DNA of 64,000 nt from an uncultured Chloroflexia bacterium. GTDB lineage: Bacteria > Chloroflexota > Limnocylindria > QHBO01. This document shows positions 61,030 to 64,000 of this stretch, piece by piece (the stretch's first letter is position 1; each line of letters opens with the position of its first letter). The notes beneath the pieces are model-generated. The model worked only from the letters and a program-made list of their open reading frames with translations, was not told the DNA's origin and ran no database searches. A program made the position numbers and the translations under genes. The stretch covers positions 233,297 through 297,296 of the forward strand of contig CAWFCQ010000008.1 of assembly GCA_963814375.1 (NCBI GenBank). Direction: 5' to 3'.

Positions 61030-62859
61030 ATGTGCGGCATCGTCGGATACGTCGGGCCGCGTGACGCCGCCCCGATCCTGATCGAGGGCCTGCGGCGCCT
61101 CGAGTACCGCGGCTATGACTCGGCCGGGATCGCGGTCCTCACCGATGACGGACAGGTCTTCATCGAGAAGAAGGCCGGCAAGCTCAACAACCTCACCGAT
61201 CACCTCAACGGTGACGCGCCGGCCGGGCATCCGGGCATCGGCCACACCCGCTGGGCGACGCACGGGCAGCCGAACGACACGAATGCCCATCCGCACACCG
61301 ATTGCAGCGGCAAGCTGGCGCTGATCCACAACGGGATCATCGAGAACTACGCGGAGATCAAGGGCCGCCTCGCAGCCGCCGGCCACCGATTCACCAGCGA
61401 GACCGACACCGAGGTCCTCGCCCACCTGATCGAGACGAAGTACCGTGGCGACCTTGTCGAGGCGGTGCGCGAGGCCCTCAACGAGGTGCGCGGGGCATAC
61501 GCCATCGGCGTCATGCACACCGATCACCCGGACCGGATCGTTGGCGCGCGGATGAACGTGCCGCTCATCGTGGGGCTCGGCCAAGGGGAGGGGTTCCTCG
61601 CCAGCGACGTGCCGGCCATCCTCGAGCACACGAAGAACGTCGTCATCCTGCACGAGGGCGACATCGCGGATGTCACGCCTGACGGCACGCGCATCCTCTC
61701 CCTCGACGGCACCGAGGTTCAGCGCGACGTCACCGAGATCCACTGGAACATCGAGGCGGCCGAGAAGGGTGGGTTCGCCCATTTCACGCTCAAGGAGATC
61801 TACGAGCAGCCGCACGCCATCCAGGAGTGCCTTCGCGGCCGGATCGACCCCGCCGGCGCCGTGACGCTCAGCGAGCTGGACGAGATCGCCGACAAGCTCC
61901 AGCGCGCCGAGCGGGTCTACATCGTCGGGTGCGGGACGGCCAGCTACGCGGCTCACGTCGCGGCCTATCTCATCCAGGACTGGGTCGGCCTGCCGGCCAC
62001 GATGCAGATCGGATCGGAGATGCGGTACAGCCCTCCGCCGATCGATGAGAAGACGCTCGTCATCGGCGTCAGCCAGTCCGGGGAGACGGCAGACACGCTG
62101 GCCCCGCTGCGGCTTGCCCAGGAGCGTGGGGCGACGATCCTCGTCGTCACCAACGTGGTCGGCAGCGCGATCACCCGCGAGGCCGATGCCGTCTGCTACC
62201 TCCAGGCCGGGCCGGAGATCGCCGTGGCCAGCACGAAGGCGTTCGTGACGCAGGTCCTCGTGCTCCAGATGATCGCGCTGCACCTGGCGCGGATGCGTGG
62301 CACGCTTTCCGACAGCCAGCTCCGCACCTTCGGCCAGGCGCTGCGCAGCCTCCCGCGACTGGCGGCCGAGACCCTGACCCTCGCGCCGCAGATCAAGAAG
62401 CTGGCGCAGCAGTACGCGCGCGTGCGGGACTTCATCTTCATCGGCCGAGGCGTCGGCTTCCCGATCGCGATGGAAGGAGCGCTGAAGCTCAAGGAGCTCA
62501 GCTATGTGCACGCCGAGGGCTACGCCGCGGGCGAGCTCAAGCACGGCCCGATCGCGCTGCTCGACCCGGATACCCCGCTGGTGGCCATCGCGACGGCGGG
62601 ATCGGTGTACGACAAGGTCGCGAGCAACGTTGCGGAGGCGCGTGCCCGCTCGGCGCCGATCATCGCGATCGCGACCCAGGGCGACGACCAGATCGACCAT
62701 TACGCCCATGACGTGATCTACGTCCCCGAGACACCGGAGCCGATCAGCCCCGTCATCGCCGTGCTGCCGCTCCAGCTGCTCGCCTACGAGGTGGCGGTGG
62801 CCCGCGGCACCGATGTCGACCAGCCGCGGAACCTCGCCAAGTCGGTCACGGTCGAATAG
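61030..62859 (+). CDS. glmS: Glutamine--fructose-6-phosphate aminotransferase
   Basis: MCGIVGYVG N-terminal nucleophile, HTRWATHG, two SIS domains, C-terminus DVDQPRNLAKSVTVE. Confidence 0.97.
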   Translation: MCGIVGYVGPRDAAPILIEGLRRLEYRGYDSAGIAVLTDDGQVFIEKKAGKLNNLTDHLNGDAPAGHPGIGHTRWATHGQPNDTNAHPHTDCSGKLALIHNGIIENYAEIKGRLAAAGHRFTSETDTEVLAHLIETKYRGDLVEAVREALNEVRGAYAIGVMHTDHPDRIVGARMNVPLIVGLGQGEGFLASDVPAILEHTKNVVILHEGDIADVTPDGTRILSLDGTEVQRDVTEIHWNIEAAEKGGFAHFTLKEIYEQPHAIQECLRGRIDPAGAVTLSELDEIADKLQRAERVYIVGCGTASYAAHVAAYLIQDWVGLPATMQIGSEMRYSPPPIDEKTLVIGVSQSGETADTLAPLRLAQERGATILVVTNVVGSAITREADAVCYLQAGPEIAVASTKAFVTQVLVLQMIALHLARMRGTLSDSQLRTFGQALRSLPRLAAETLTLAPQIKKLAQQYARVRDFIFIGRGVGFPIAMEGALKLKELSYVHAEGYAAGELKHGPIALLDPDTPLVAIATAGSVYDKVASNVAEARARSAPIIAIATQGDDQIDHYAHDVIYVPETPEPISPVIAVLPLQLLAYEVAVARGTDVDQPRNLAKSVTVE

Positions 62860-62866
62860 CGCGCCG

Positions 62867-63244
62867 ATGAGCCGGCATGAGATCGGGGTCGACCTGATCG
62901 ACATCGATCGGATCGTCGGCGTCCTCGGTCGATTTCCCGATCGGTTCCGCCTCCGGGTGCTGACCGAGGGCGAGCAGCGCTACGTCGGGCGCAGGGTCGA
63001 GCGCATCGCGGGTCGCTGGGCGGCGAAGGAAGCGATCAGCAAGGTGCTCGGCCTCGGCGTCCGCGGTGTCGGATGGCGCGAGATCGAGATCCTGCCCAAC
63101 TACGCCGGCCAGCCGCAGGTGCTCCTCCATGGCCGCGCCGCCCGACGCGCCGAGGCGATGGAGCTCGACGAGGTGAGCGTCTCCATCTCTCACGAGCGGC
63201 ACATGGCCGTCGCCGTCGCCGTCGCCCATCGCCGTCACGGGTAG
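62867..63244 (+). CDS. acpS: Holo-[acyl-carrier-protein] synthase
   Basis: IGVDLIDIDRI...AGRWAAKEAISKVLG...EILPNYAGQPQVLLHG...VSISHERHMAVAV. Confidence 0.92.
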   Translation: MSRHEIGVDLIDIDRIVGVLGRFPDRFRLRVLTEGEQRYVGRRVERIAGRWAAKEAISKVLGLGVRGVGWREIEILPNYAGQPQVLLHGRAARRAEAMELDEVSVSISHERHMAVAVAVAHRRHG

Positions 63245-63247
63245 CCA

Positions 63248-64000
63248 ATGGTCGGCAACGGGCCCCGCTCGATCACGCAACGGTGGGTGGCGAACCGCCT
63301 GCCGCCCCGGCCCGAGCGTGCGCACAAGGGCGACTTCGGCCGCGTCCTCGTCGTCGGCGGGTCGATCGACTATCCCGGCGCCGCGCTCCTCGCCGGCCTC
63401 GGCGCCATGCGTGCGGGAGCCGGTGTCGTCCGCGTGGCGGCTGCGGAGTCGGTCGCCGCGCGGCTGGCGGGCGCGGTGCCCGAGCTGACGTGGATGGCGC
63501 TCGACGAGGAAGCGCCCGGTCTCATCGCGCCCGGCGGATGGCGCCATGTAACGGCCGAGGCCGCCGAGCACGACGCCCTGGTGATCGGTCCGGGTCTCGG
63601 TCGGGTGCCGGGAACGGCACGGCGCACGCGAGCGCTGATCGCGACGCTGACCGGACCTGCGGTGATCGACGCTGACGGCCTGAATGCCCTGGCCGACGGC
63701 AGCCGCTGGTGGCAGGGCCTCCGCGCGTCGTTGGTCCTGACTCCGCACCCGGGCGAGTTCGCGCGGCTGATCGACGGTCCCGGCCCCGACAGCGCGGACG
63801 ATGCGAGCCGCGCCGAGGCCGCAGCGGCCGCGTCGAGACAGTGGGACCAGGTGGTGGTCCTCAAGGGCGCGCGCAGCGTGGTGGCCGGGCCATCGGGCGA
63901 CGTGCTGCGGTCGGACGTCGCAACGGCCGCCCTCGCGACCGCGGGGAGCGGCGACATCCTGGCCGGCGTGATCGGCGCGTTCCTCGCCTCCGGAACCTCT
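63248..64000 (+). CDS. nnrD: ADP-dependent NAD(P)H-hydrate dehydratase (YjeF C-terminal/NnrD family), 3' end outside the window
   Basis: Read by hand from ATG 63248: RPERAHKGDFGRVLVVGGSIDYPGAALLAGLGAMRAGAG...LTPHPGEFARL...VLKGARSVVA...ATAGSGDILAGVIGAFLA. No stop before 64000. Confidence 0.85.
   Translation, partial: MVGNGPRSITQRWVANRLPPRPERAHKGDFGRVLVVGGSIDYPGAALLAGLGAMRAGAGVVRVAAAESVAARLAGAVPELTWMALDEEAPGLIAPGGWRHVTAEAAEHDALVIGPGLGRVPGTARRTRALIATLTGPAVIDADGLNALADGSRWWQGLRASLVLTPHPGEFARLIDGPGPDSADDASRAEAAAAASRQWDQVVVLKGARSVVAGPSGDVLRSDVATAALATAGSGDILAGVIGAFLASGTS

Overview
Visibly GC-rich bacterial chromosome segment made up almost entirely of core information-processing genes. Left to right: a partial DinB-like gene (-); an rRNA locus where 16S (525-2031) is separated from 23S-5S (6348-9670) by about 4.3 kb. 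That spacer keeps tRNA-Ile and tRNA-Ala at its two ends but carries protein genes between them: a small membrane ORF (-), a CofE-family protein, purU, and an oppositely oriented alpha/beta-hydrolase/class III cyclase fusion. Then come a LysM protein, mutM (-), rpsA, clpC, radA, a PIN/TRAM (yacL-like) protein, ispDF, rlmB, tRNA-Thr/Tyr/Thr and a ~10-TM membrane protein. After that the superoperon runs uninterrupted: rpmG, tRNA-Trp, secE, nusG, rplKAJL, rpoBC, rpsLG, fusA, tuf, the S10, spc and alpha clusters. It is followed by truA, rplM-rpsI, cdaA-cdaR-glmM-glmS, acpS and a partial nnrD. I saw no integrase, transposase, CRISPR array, toxin-antitoxin pair or recognisable defence system, so most of this window is ordinary core genome. 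Items worth a second look: (1) the unlinked rRNA arrangement, with its own terminator, processing helices and tRNA-proximal promoter boxes; (2) three arrays of ~50-52 bp phased repeats, each immediately upstream of a sigma70-like promoter (rpmG, rpoB, rpsL operons); (3) reading-frame disruptions in fusA, truA and the repetitive tail of rpsA, most likely assembly indels but needing a check; (4) long low-complexity extensions on S1, S3, L15, L5 and the beta-prime subunit. Long antisense ORFs in the track are GC-driven shadows of the real genes.
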